NCBI GenBank assembly: GCA_963664435.2
Contig: CAXXKM010000002.1
Location: 704,001 to 768,000, forward strand
DNA from: Longimicrobiales bacterium
GTDB taxonomy: Bacteria; Gemmatimonadota; Gemmatimonadetes; Longimicrobiales; Gaopeijiaceae
DNA: 64,000 bases
Direction: 5' to 3'
Made by a program: the position numbers and the translations under genes
Notes under the pieces: generated by a model
Told to the model about the DNA's origin: nothing
What the model saw: the letters and a program-made list of their open reading frames with translations, nothing else
Databases searched by the model: none
In this document: one piece after another, positions 27,751-36,045 of the stretch
Position numbering within the stretch: the first letter of the stretch is position 1
How the letters are laid out: each line of letters opens with the position of its first letter

Positions 27751-27775
27751 GGACTTAGTCAACAGAACTAAGTCC
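27751..27775. repeat. Palindromic intergenic motif, copy 2
   Basis: ggacttagt-caacaga-actaagtcc in the 36-nt gap between convergent genes. Confidence 0.6.
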
Positions 27776-27781
27776 GCCAAT

Positions 27782-30052
27782 CTAAAGCCCCAGCTCGTTC
27801 CAGGCCTCCATTCGCCGCAGCATCATGTCGGCGGTTGCCGTGTCGCCGCGCAGGCCGGCTTCGCGGTAGAGGGCGAAGTAGGCGAGGGCGTAGTAGGTGG
27901 GAATCCCCAGGCTGCTGGGGTCGCGCCAGTAGTCCCACCCTTCCGGCAGGCCGCTCCGGTGCACGTACACCTCGTCCACCAGCGTGCGGGTGCGCTCGGT
28001 ATCCACCCAGACTCCGACCCCGGACACCCGGTTCGGGTCGCCTACCTGGGCGATCCCCCGGGCCTGCAGGGGCGCCGGGTCACCGGGCCAGAGTCGATAG
28101 GCCACCCCTTGCCGGACGATGTACCTGCGCAGCCCCATGTCCTCCGGGGCTCCGACGGCGGAGGCGAAGTAGATGGGCCGGTCCTCGATGGAGTTGGCGA
28201 TGAACGACAGCGCGAACTGCATCCACGGCTGCATCTGGCGCCCCTGCGCGACCGCGGCCGTGACCGGGCCCAGGCGAAAACGGCGCTCCTCGGGCAGCGG
28301 CGCGACGCCGGTGACGACGACCCGGTCGATCATCTCGTCGGTCAGCTCGGTGCTCACCACCGATCGCGTCGGGGGCGAAAGCGGCTCGCGCAGGACCAGC
28401 GGCACCAGTCCCGCGGCCTGCGCCGAGGCCGGGTCGTCGGTGTACAGCGCCGCCGTTCCCACCGGGGTGTAGGGACGCTGGCACAGGATCCGGGTGGGGT
28501 CCGCGTCCGGATCCTCTCCGGGACCGCAGGGACGGCTCAGGCCCCTCAGCTGCTTCACGTACCAGTCGGTGTTCAGGTACGACGTCACCGCCACGACGAC
28601 ATCGCGCCGGATGCCCTCCACCTCCTGCAGATACCAGAGCGGGAAGGTGTCGTTGTCGCCGTTCGTGAAGATGAGCGCGTAGGGCTCCACGCTCATGAGC
28701 AGATTGTAGGCCCAGTCGCGCGCGGAATAGTCGCCCGTCCGGCTCGCCCGCTGGAAGTTGAAAAACAGCGGTACCAGCGCCAGCAGGAGCACCGGCGAGG
28801 CCATCCTCAGCGAACCCAGTTTTCTCGACAGCGATTTCCACAGGCCCGCGAGACCGATCCCCGAGATGAGGCCCCAGACGGAGAAGCCGACGATGAAGAA
28901 GTAGTCGCGCTCGCGCACTTCCTTTTCGATTCCCTGGTCGGGGAAGGAATAGCCGAGCCTGAAGTTCAGATAGTAGACCAGCCCGATGGAGAGAATGCCG
29001 AAGAGCGATGCCAGATAGAGCCAGCTGGCCCGGTCCCTCCGGTAATGCTCGCGCAGGCCGAGAGCGCCCAGTGCCAGGAAGAGCATCGTGAAGAGGAGCC
29101 GGCCGGGCGGAAACCGGTTGTCCGCGAAGGCCACGCCTCGCGCCCACTGCCAGTCGAAGTACTGCATCCAGTTGCCGTACTGGGCGAAGAGCGGTGCCTG
29201 GCGCGGGACGAGCGGCGGCTTGGCGTACTGCTCCCGCTTGAGCGCCGACGACAGCTCCTCGCATCCCGCGTTGCCGTAGGTGGCGATGCTCACCAGCGCG
29301 TCGGAGACCCCTTCGCAGGTCGGCTGCGCCTCGTTGATGACCGGGTCCAGCCCGGAGCGGATCGGGAGGAAGAGGTGGATGCTCAGCCCCAGGAGGACCG
29401 CCACCAGCGAAGTCGCGTAGAGGCGCGGGCTGAGGAGCGTGCGCCCGCGCACCGCGAGGATGAAGACGAAAAGGGAGGGCAGCACCAGCAGCGCCATGAG
29501 GTGGTTGCCCACCGAGAGCGCCATGATGAACGCCATCAGCACCAGGAGGTTGTCTTCCCTTCCCTTCCCGAGGTTTTCCTGCCAGCGGAAGGTGAGCCAG
29601 GTAAGGAGGGCGATGGTCAGGAGGGATACGGTGTAGACCTTCTCGTTGACGTTCGACTGGTTCCAGACCGTGAACGCCGTTGCGCTGATCAGAACCGCCG
29701 CGCACGCGCCCACCAGCCGGAAGCGGCGGTCGGAGGAGAAGAAGCGCAGGATGTGGTGGACGACGAGGAACCAGAATCCGTGCGCGGCCGCGCTCACCGC
29801 CGCCGAAAACAGGTTGATGCGGACCGCGGTCGAGATACCGAGCGGCGCCAGCAGGATGTCCCAGGCGCGCGCCAACACGACGAAGAGCGGGTTCCCCGGG
29901 GGATGCGGGATGCCGAGCATGTGCCCGGTGGCGATGTATTCGCTCGTGTCCCAGAACGCCGTGGTGGGGGCCACCGTCGCCGCATAGAGGAGGAATACGG
30001 CACCCGCTACGCCGGCTGCCCAGCGGTAGGGAGGTGAGTTGTTGTGGGCCAC
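27782..30052 (-). CDS. DUF2723/TMEM260-like GT-C membrane glycosyltransferase
   Basis: APTTAFWDTSEY...LGIPHPPGNPLF, many TM helices, EVRERDYFF, FTNGDNDTFPLWYLQEVEG; probable GTG start overlapping the upstream TAG. Confidence 0.88.
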   Translation of the reverse strand: MAHNNSPPYRWAAGVAGAVFLLYAATVAPTTAFWDTSEYIATGHMLGIPHPPGNPLFVVLARAWDILLAPLGISTAVRINLFSAAVSAAAHGFWFLVVHHILRFFSSDRRFRLVGACAAVLISATAFTVWNQSNVNEKVYTVSLLTIALLTWLTFRWQENLGKGREDNLLVLMAFIMALSVGNHLMALLVLPSLFVFILAVRGRTLLSPRLYATSLVAVLLGLSIHLFLPIRSGLDPVINEAQPTCEGVSDALVSIATYGNAGCEELSSALKREQYAKPPLVPRQAPLFAQYGNWMQYFDWQWARGVAFADNRFPPGRLLFTMLFLALGALGLREHYRRDRASWLYLASLFGILSIGLVYYLNFRLGYSFPDQGIEKEVRERDYFFIVGFSVWGLISGIGLAGLWKSLSRKLGSLRMASPVLLLALVPLFFNFQRASRTGDYSARDWAYNLLMSVEPYALIFTNGDNDTFPLWYLQEVEGIRRDVVVAVTSYLNTDWYVKQLRGLSRPCGPGEDPDADPTRILCQRPYTPVGTAALYTDDPASAQAAGLVPLVLREPLSPPTRSVVSTELTDEMIDRVVVTGVAPLPEERRFRLGPVTAAVAQGRQMQPWMQFALSFIANSIEDRPIYFASAVGAPEDMGLRRYIVRQGVAYRLWPGDPAPLQARGIAQVGDPNRVSGVGVWVDTERTRTLVDEVYVHRSGLPEGWDYWRDPSSLGIPTYYALAYFALYREAGLRGDTATADMMLRRMEAWNELGL

Positions 30053-31245
30053 TAGCCGGCTCCCGGCACGAGCGTGATGCCTCCGGCCTGTTTGCCCACT
30101 TCCGCCACCCCGACGCGGGCGTAGATCGCGAGGTCGATGACCTCGACGATGCCGGGCTGCCCTCCGATACCTTCGACGGTGACGAAGGCGAAACGGTTGT
30201 CCGAGGTCACGGCGACTCCGTGCGTAACCTTCCGCGTGCTCTCGATCTTCGCCAGCTGCTCGCCGGTCGCGAGGTCCCACACGGCCAGGTGGCCGCTGCC
30301 CTTGAGGGTCGCGAGCAGGCGCGAGCCGTCGCGGGTGAGGGCCAGGTTGTAGGGCGCGCCTTCGGCCGGGATGCGCCGGGTCACGCTCCACGACTCGATG
30401 TCCACCTGGACGATCTCGTTGCCCCGGTTGCACGCCACGTACACGAAGCGCCCGTCGCCGGAGAGGGTTGTCCAGGTGGGCGAGCAGGCGGCCATGCCGG
30501 AGCTGGCCATGTCCCCGGCCATGTCCCTGGCCATGTCCCCGGCCATCGCACCGCCCGCGCCACCGGCCATCTCGCCGCCCGCGCCACCGGCCATTGCACC
30601 GCCCGCCATGGCCCCGTGCACGACCGGATCGGTGACCGGCTCACCCGTCACCAGGTTCAATCGCCGTGTCACCTCGAGCGAAAAGGTGGACATCTCCACC
30701 AGCTGGTCGTCCATCATGCAGGCGGAGTAGTTGTGCATGCCGTCCGGCGACATGCGCGACCCGTGCGGCATGGTGCATGTGGTGACCTGTTCGATCTCGT
30801 ACATCTCCTCGGTGTCGACGATGGACACCGTGCTCGGGACGTGGTCGCCGTAGAAGTTCGAGTTTACCGCGAAGGCCAGCACGCCGTCGGGCGTGAGTGA
30901 GATGGTCGCGGGGAAGAACCCGAGTTCCGTCGCGGCCACCACGGTGTCCGGGCCGGTCTCGTACTTGAGCAGATAGCCGTTCGGGAAGCCGTGCCCGAGC
31001 GTCAGGTACCAGTATTCGCCGGACGGATCGAAGAACATGCCGTGCGGGCCCTCGATCTCGGCGGGCCAGCGCCCCACCCGGATGACCTTCTCGACTGAGA
31101 GCCCGGTTTCTGGCGTGAACTCGAGCACCGCGACCTCGTCTTCCGACTCCGCGGCGACATAGGCCCGGTAGGATTGCGCCTGGGCGGGGCTGGCGGCCAC
31201 GAGCACGGCCAGCAGGGCGACGGCGGCGAGTCTGCGAGGCATCAT
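30052..31245 (-). CDS. YncE/YVTN-type beta-propeller protein, exported, with Met-rich low-complexity insert
   Basis: Signal peptide to AQA-Q; AYVAAESED, EGPHG, TCTMPHGSRMSPDG, FVYVACNRGNE, THGVAVTSD. Confidence 0.82.
   Translation of the reverse strand: MMPRRLAAVALLAVLVAASPAQAQSYRAYVAAESEDEVAVLEFTPETGLSVEKVIRVGRWPAEIEGPHGMFFDPSGEYWYLTLGHGFPNGYLLKYETGPDTVVAATELGFFPATISLTPDGVLAFAVNSNFYGDHVPSTVSIVDTEEMYEIEQVTTCTMPHGSRMSPDGMHNYSACMMDDQLVEMSTFSLEVTRRLNLVTGEPVTDPVVHGAMAGGAMAGGAGGEMAGGAGGAMAGDMARDMAGDMASSGMAACSPTWTTLSGDGRFVYVACNRGNEIVQVDIESWSVTRRIPAEGAPYNLALTRDGSRLLATLKGSGHLAVWDLATGEQLAKIESTRKVTHGVAVTSDNRFAFVTVEGIGGQPGIVEVIDLAIYARVGVAEVGKQAGGITLVPGAG
30484..30618 (-). repeat. Intragenic tandem repeats encoding a Met-Ala-Gly-rich loop
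   Basis: 12-bp units (ggccatgtcccc-like) and 24-bp units (ggccatcgcaccgcccgcgccacc-like) encoding HGAMAGGAMAGGAGGEMAGGAGGAMAGDMARDMAGDMASSGMAAC. Confidence 0.8.
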
Positions 31246-31393
31246 GCCGGCCTCACCGGCAAGTCTGCCGCCCGGCGCGGGAATCCGACGCATTCCGTGG
31301 ACGCGCCGCAACGCAACGGCATCGCGGTCGAGCTGCGTGCCATACCCGGGCAGCGAACAGGCACGGGGCTGCGGCGATGCTCCGGCTCGTCGC

Positions 31394-33379
31394 TCACGGA
31401 ACCAGCGTCCTCCTCGGCTGCAGCCTCACCGACCAGAGTCCGGAGTGGTGTTCGGCGATGAACAGGTGTCCCTTGTGGACCTGTGGGCCCCAGCTGAAGG
31501 GCGCGTTGGGCACGAAGGCGTCGGGGTCGTTGGCGGCGTAGTGCGCGATTTCGCGGCCCTGGAGGCCCAGGTTGCCCTTGAGCTCGCCGGAGATGTCGAT
31601 GACGCGGGTGCCGCCGTTGTAGAAGGCCGCGTAGAGGCGGTCTCCGTCGATCCACATGTTGTGCGACCCCGCCTCGGGGATCTCGTAGCGCGCGACTTCC
31701 TCGGGGTTGTTCGGGTCGGTGAAGTCGACGACATGGATGTAGCCGGCCATGCGCGGGGGCGTGCGCTCGGCGTCCAGGTCGTTGAAGCCCGGGCGGCCGA
31801 TCTCGTCGCCCATGAAGATGTAGAAGCGCCCGGTCGGGCTCCAGTACGGGAAGGCCGCGTGGGTCGCCCCGCCGATGTCGGCGAATTGGCTCATGAGCAC
31901 CGGGTTGGAGGGGCTGCCGCCCCGGTCGCCGCCGCCCACGTCGATGACCGCCACGCCGTCGGCCCAGTTGGAGGTGTAGGCGATCCCGTCCACGATCCAG
32001 ATGTCGTGAATCCCATGGCCGGGGGTGTCGAGCTCGAAACGGCCCACCCGGTGGGGGCTGGTCGGGTCTTCGATGTTGATCACGTCGAAGCGCACGCCGT
32101 TGTTCACCGCGTACACGTGGTTGTCATGGACGAAGACGTTGTGCACGCCGCCGGTCAGCTCGTCGTCGAAGGTGGAGAGGATCTCGACGTTGCGCGGATC
32201 GGAGCAGTCCACGATGACGATGCCGTTGCGCCGGTTGGACGCGCCCTCGCGCGAGATCACGCAGACGCGGCCGTCCTCGGAGACCTTCACGTCGTTGGTG
32301 GTGCGCGCGTCCACCACCAGGGAGTCGGTTATGACCGGGGCGGCCGGGTCGGTCACGTCCCACCAGTAGGTCGCGCCGAAGGCGCCCCAGGTGCCGGTGA
32401 TGGCGTAATCGCGGCCGTCGACGCCTTCCCACACCCACAGGTCGGAGGTGGGGACGTCCTGCACCGCGCCCTGGCCGATGAACTCGACCGTCTCGCTCAC
32501 GTTGCGGGGCTCGATGCGGATGGTCTGGTTGGCCGAGTGACCGGGCACGGTGGCCATGACGGTATACACGCCCGGCTGGTACGCCACGAAGCGGCCCTGC
32601 TGGTCGATCTCGGCGGGCGCAAAGTCCGCGGTGGCCTCGATGTCCGCATAGGGCACGACCGAATAGGTCACCGGGATGTCGCTGGGCTCGTCCCCCGCCA
32701 TGGGCGCGGCCTCGAAGCGGATCACGTCGCCGGTGCGGCCCACCTCCTGGCTGCCCGACAGCGAAACCGAGGTGACCGGGCTCGCGACCACGTCATAGAC
32801 CACCTCTCCCGCGACCCCTTCGGCGGCGGCGCTCAGGGTGACCTGGCCGGGCGCATGCGCGACGAACACGCCGAAGCGGTCGACGCTGGCGACCGACTCG
32901 TCGCTGGTGCTCCAGCCCAGCTCCACGTCGCCGCGGACGTCGTCGACCGCGTCGTACACGGTGGCCCGGTGGCGCATCACCGTGCCCACGTAATAGCGCC
33001 CGCTCTCGCCCGGCGAAATCTCGACCCGGTCGAGCGGCGGATACGGCACTGCGACGATCATCTCCGCGCGGATGTTGCGGTCGGTGGCGACCATCAGCGT
33101 CACCAGGTACTCACCCCCGTACACGGCCTCGACGGCCCCGGTGGTGCGGTTCACATCCAGGCGGCCGCGCGCGCCCCGCGCCATGTACATGATCGGGGCA
33201 TCGACGGGATTCCCCCCGGCATCGACCACGCTGGCCGCGATCTGCCCGGTCTCCCCGGGCTGGAGGGTGAGCCGGTCTTCCTCCACGACGATGCGCGCCG
33301 GCTCCTGGGCGGCGAGGGACGACGCGCCGAGCGCGAGCAGGGCGGCGGACCAGAAAGCGGCGATCGGACGAATCTTCAT
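31394..33379 (-). CDS. Exported protein with Ig-like (Big_2-type) domains and a C-terminal LVIVD-repeat beta-propeller
   Basis: WSTSDESVASVD; SDLWVW, NDVKVS, GVHNVF, IHDIWI, THAAFP, GSHNMW, YNGGTRVIDIS blades. Confidence 0.8.
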   Translation of the reverse strand: MKIRPIAAFWSAALLALGASSLAAQEPARIVVEEDRLTLQPGETGQIAASVVDAGGNPVDAPIMYMARGARGRLDVNRTTGAVEAVYGGEYLVTLMVATDRNIRAEMIVAVPYPPLDRVEISPGESGRYYVGTVMRHRATVYDAVDDVRGDVELGWSTSDESVASVDRFGVFVAHAPGQVTLSAAAEGVAGEVVYDVVASPVTSVSLSGSQEVGRTGDVIRFEAAPMAGDEPSDIPVTYSVVPYADIEATADFAPAEIDQQGRFVAYQPGVYTVMATVPGHSANQTIRIEPRNVSETVEFIGQGAVQDVPTSDLWVWEGVDGRDYAITGTWGAFGATYWWDVTDPAAPVITDSLVVDARTTNDVKVSEDGRVCVISREGASNRRNGIVIVDCSDPRNVEILSTFDDELTGGVHNVFVHDNHVYAVNNGVRFDVINIEDPTSPHRVGRFELDTPGHGIHDIWIVDGIAYTSNWADGVAVIDVGGGDRGGSPSNPVLMSQFADIGGATHAAFPYWSPTGRFYIFMGDEIGRPGFNDLDAERTPPRMAGYIHVVDFTDPNNPEEVARYEIPEAGSHNMWIDGDRLYAAFYNGGTRVIDISGELKGNLGLQGREIAHYAANDPDAFVPNAPFSWGPQVHKGHLFIAEHHSGLWSVRLQPRRTLVP

Positions 33380-33520
33380 CTGTCATGACTCCATGCGACG
33401 GGTACCTCGGCGAGCCCTGAAAACTTGAGCGACGAGCGGTTTTGCGCAAATGAAATCGGGACTCTGCGCGTCAGGAATGGCCCTGCGCCTCACCTTGGGT
33501 CCTTCCGGCGTCCCCGGGAC

Positions 33521-34447
33521 CTAGAAATTCACCACCAGCGCCATGGTCAGCACCCGGTCCGACTTGGCCAGCGGGATCGGCACCTTGCCCGTGGACTCGC
33601 CCGCCACGCTGGTCAGCGGGACGTCGACCAGCGAGGGGCGGTTGTCGAACAGGTACTGGAACTTGGCCTGCAGCCCGAAGTGCTCGCTCATCGAGACGCC
33701 CAGCGCGGTTACCCAGTCCGCGCGCAGGTCCGCCGGATTGAAGCCGTTCTCGTCCACCACCAGGGTGCTCTTCAGCTCTGTGTTGTCGGTCAGCTGGATC
33801 TCGTATTCGCCGGAGACCTGGAGTCCGATGAAGGTGTTGGCGGCGTCGGGATCGGGCACTACGTCGTCCTGCCTGGTAAAGGTCAGCCCGTAGGAGCTGC
33901 GCAGCTGGTGAACTTCATCCTCCATCCACCGGGTCGCCATGCCGGCGACCAGCACGTAGCGGCCATCGATGCCGGTGAAGGTGTTGCGGGCCCACCCCAG
34001 CTGGCCGAAGACGGACGAGCGCTCCGAGAACTCGCGGTCGCCGCGAAAGCGGATGTGGTAGTTCTCCGCGGACACCCGGGTCTCGTTCTCCTCTTCGACC
34101 CGATAATCGTCGGCGGTGCCGATGGCGGAGCGCCTGAAGCGGGTGGTGTTGGTGCGCAGCGCTCCGAACTCCAGTTTGGTCTCGGTCCGCTCCCACTCGG
34201 TGATCAGCTCGTTGGCGAGTCCGAAGGTGGTCGATTCGGTGTTGCCGCGCGTCTGGATGAAGCTGAACTCGCTGGAGTTGGACCACTCCGGGGGGAGGGA
34301 GATCGGCGGGATCTGCGCGCTGGCGTCGGAGTTTGCGGCCAGGAGCAGAGCGAGGACAAGCGAGAAGCCGGGAACGCCGCCCTGGCTGCGGGCGAGGCGG
34401 TGGCGAAGGAGAAAGCCCGGCGCCGGCAAGGAGCAATGGCGAGGCAC
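33521..34447 (-). CDS. DUF481-type outer-membrane beta-barrel protein
   Basis: SFIQTRGNTES, WARNTFTGIDGRY, alternating beta-strand pattern, C-terminal LVVNF; start uncertain. Confidence 0.72.
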   Translation of the reverse strand: MPRHCSLPAPGFLLRHRLARSQGGVPGFSLVLALLLAANSDASAQIPPISLPPEWSNSSEFSFIQTRGNTESTTFGLANELITEWERTETKLEFGALRTNTTRFRRSAIGTADDYRVEEENETRVSAENYHIRFRGDREFSERSSVFGQLGWARNTFTGIDGRYVLVAGMATRWMEDEVHQLRSSYGLTFTRQDDVVPDPDAANTFIGLQVSGEYEIQLTDNTELKSTLVVDENGFNPADLRADWVTALGVSMSEHFGLQAKFQYLFDNRPSLVDVPLTSVAGESTGKVPIPLAKSDRVLTMALVVNF

Positions 34448-34539
34448 GAAGCCCGCAGGGCGGGCGAGTCCCGGACGGATGCCGGAACCCGCGTCCGGAG
34501 CGTGCTCGTCCGGCGGCTCGGCCGGCGAGCGCCCGCGTA

Positions 34540-34995
34540 TTACCAAACGCCCTCGTAGCCGTCCGCGGCCAGATTCCATTTGGGTCCGAAGACATGCACC
34601 CGGTTCGTCGGCGATGAGCCATCGGTGAGCTCTCCGCCGGCGTGGGTCCAGGCGAGCAGGCTTCCCTCCAGGTTCAGCACCGGAACACCCTTCCTGCCCA
34701 TGCGTCGGGCATATGCCGAACTGCGCGCTCCGACCGTGCAGTAGGCGACCACGGTACAGTCCCCCAGCTCGTCGAGCCGGCCATCGAGCTCCTCGGGCGT
34801 GATCGCGTCCGGGAGGGTGGACACCGCCCGTTCAGCGGGAGGCCGGACGTCGACCAGCACGGTGTCGTTCGCGGGCAGGCGCTCGCGCAACTCGACCGCG
34901 TCGATGGTCTTCACATCCGGAAAGCGCCGGCCCACCTGCGATATCATTCCGTCCAGCGCGCGCCGCCGCTCATCCTGTGAAGCCTTCCTGTTCAC
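34540..34995 (-). CDS. Rhodanese-like domain protein
   Basis: LVDVRPPAERAVS, active-site loop YCTVGARS, NLEGSLLAW; probable GTG start. Confidence 0.85.
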   Translation of the reverse strand: MNRKASQDERRRALDGMISQVGRRFPDVKTIDAVELRERLPANDTVLVDVRPPAERAVSTLPDAITPEELDGRLDELGDCTVVAYCTVGARSSAYARRMGRKGVPVLNLEGSLLAWTHAGGELTDGSSPTNRVHVFGPKWNLAADGYEGVW

Positions 34996-35090
34996 CCTTC
35001 GTCCCCTTTCCCGGGTACGTTCACGTCCATCGACGACATCCGGCCATCCATGCGCCGCGCCCGCGGGCATCGCGCTGGATTCCGGCGTCC

Positions 35091-36005
35091 CTACACGAAG
35101 AAAACGCCCCTCTTCAACCCGGCCGACTCCGCCCACTCGCCCGCGGCCATCTTCTTCCCCCCTTCGGGCCTCACCTTTGCGACCAGCAACTGGCCATCCG
35201 GGGCCGCGATGCGGATCCCCTCCGGGCCGACGCCGCTCACCCGGCCGGGACGAACCGACAGCGCCTCATCGATCCGCGAAGCGCCGTAAAGCTTTACCCA
35301 GGCGCCGTTGAAGGTACTCCAGGCGCCCGGCTGGGGATCCGCCCCGCGCACCAGGTCCCACGTGCGGCGCAGCGGCAGATTCCAGGACACGCGCACGTGC
35401 TCGTGCCTGCACCAGCCCTCGTAGGTGGCCGCGGAGTGGTCCTGCGCGATCTTCGGCGCCTCGCCCGCGCGCACCAGGTCGACCCCCTCGAGCATGGCGT
35501 CGACCCCCATGGGGAAGAGGTGGTTGAAGTAGAGACTGCCCAGGGTGTGATCCCCGATCCCGACCTCCTTCTGAAGCAGGATCGGGCCCTCGTCGAGCCC
35601 GTCGTCGGGCCAGAAGATCGAGAGCCCCGTCTTCTTCCTCCCCCAGATGATGGGCCAGTTGATGGAGCTGGGTCCTCGATGGAGCGGGAGCAGGGAGGGA
35701 TGATACTGGATCGTCCCGCGGGTCGGGATGTTGAGCGCCTGCTCGGGCACGAAGAGGGTGACGTAGGCCATCACGCCCAGATCGGGACGGAGCGACTGCA
35801 TCTGCGCCCAGGTGTCCTCGCTCCTGAAGGAGGAGGGCTGGAAGAGGGGCAAGCCGTGTTCGCGGGCCGCGTCCGCGAGCGGATCCGGGCGCTGACCGGG
35901 CTTTTCGGGACGGGTGTAGACGCCGACGATCTCCTCGCCGCGCTCCACCAGCGCCTTGAGCACGGTTGCGCCGAAGGCCTGCTGGCCGTTGACGATGATT
36001 CTCAT
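35091..36005 (-). CDS. Formyltransferase family protein, ALDH1L1/10-formyl-THF hydrolase-like rather than canonical Fmt
   Basis: GQQAFG, YHPSLLPLHRGPSSINW, SIFWPDDGLDEG, LYFNHLFPMG, ATYEG, RGADPQPGAW. Confidence 0.8.
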   Translation of the reverse strand: MRIIVNGQQAFGATVLKALVERGEEIVGVYTRPEKPGQRPDPLADAAREHGLPLFQPSSFRSEDTWAQMQSLRPDLGVMAYVTLFVPEQALNIPTRGTIQYHPSLLPLHRGPSSINWPIIWGRKKTGLSIFWPDDGLDEGPILLQKEVGIGDHTLGSLYFNHLFPMGVDAMLEGVDLVRAGEAPKIAQDHSAATYEGWCRHEHVRVSWNLPLRRTWDLVRGADPQPGAWSTFNGAWVKLYGASRIDEALSVRPGRVSGVGPEGIRIAAPDGQLLVAKVRPEGGKKMAAGEWAESAGLKRGVFFV

Positions 36006-36045
36006 GAGGGTTCTCTGTGAGGGACGATGGCGTCCGGCGCGTGCC

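Noticed and set aside
30484..30618. Repeats considered as a CRISPR array
   Set aside because: In-frame, no unique spacers, no cas genes in the window.
35091..36005. Call as methionyl-tRNA formyltransferase (fmt)
   Set aside because: Lacks the FMGTP N-terminal motif and def/rsmB context.
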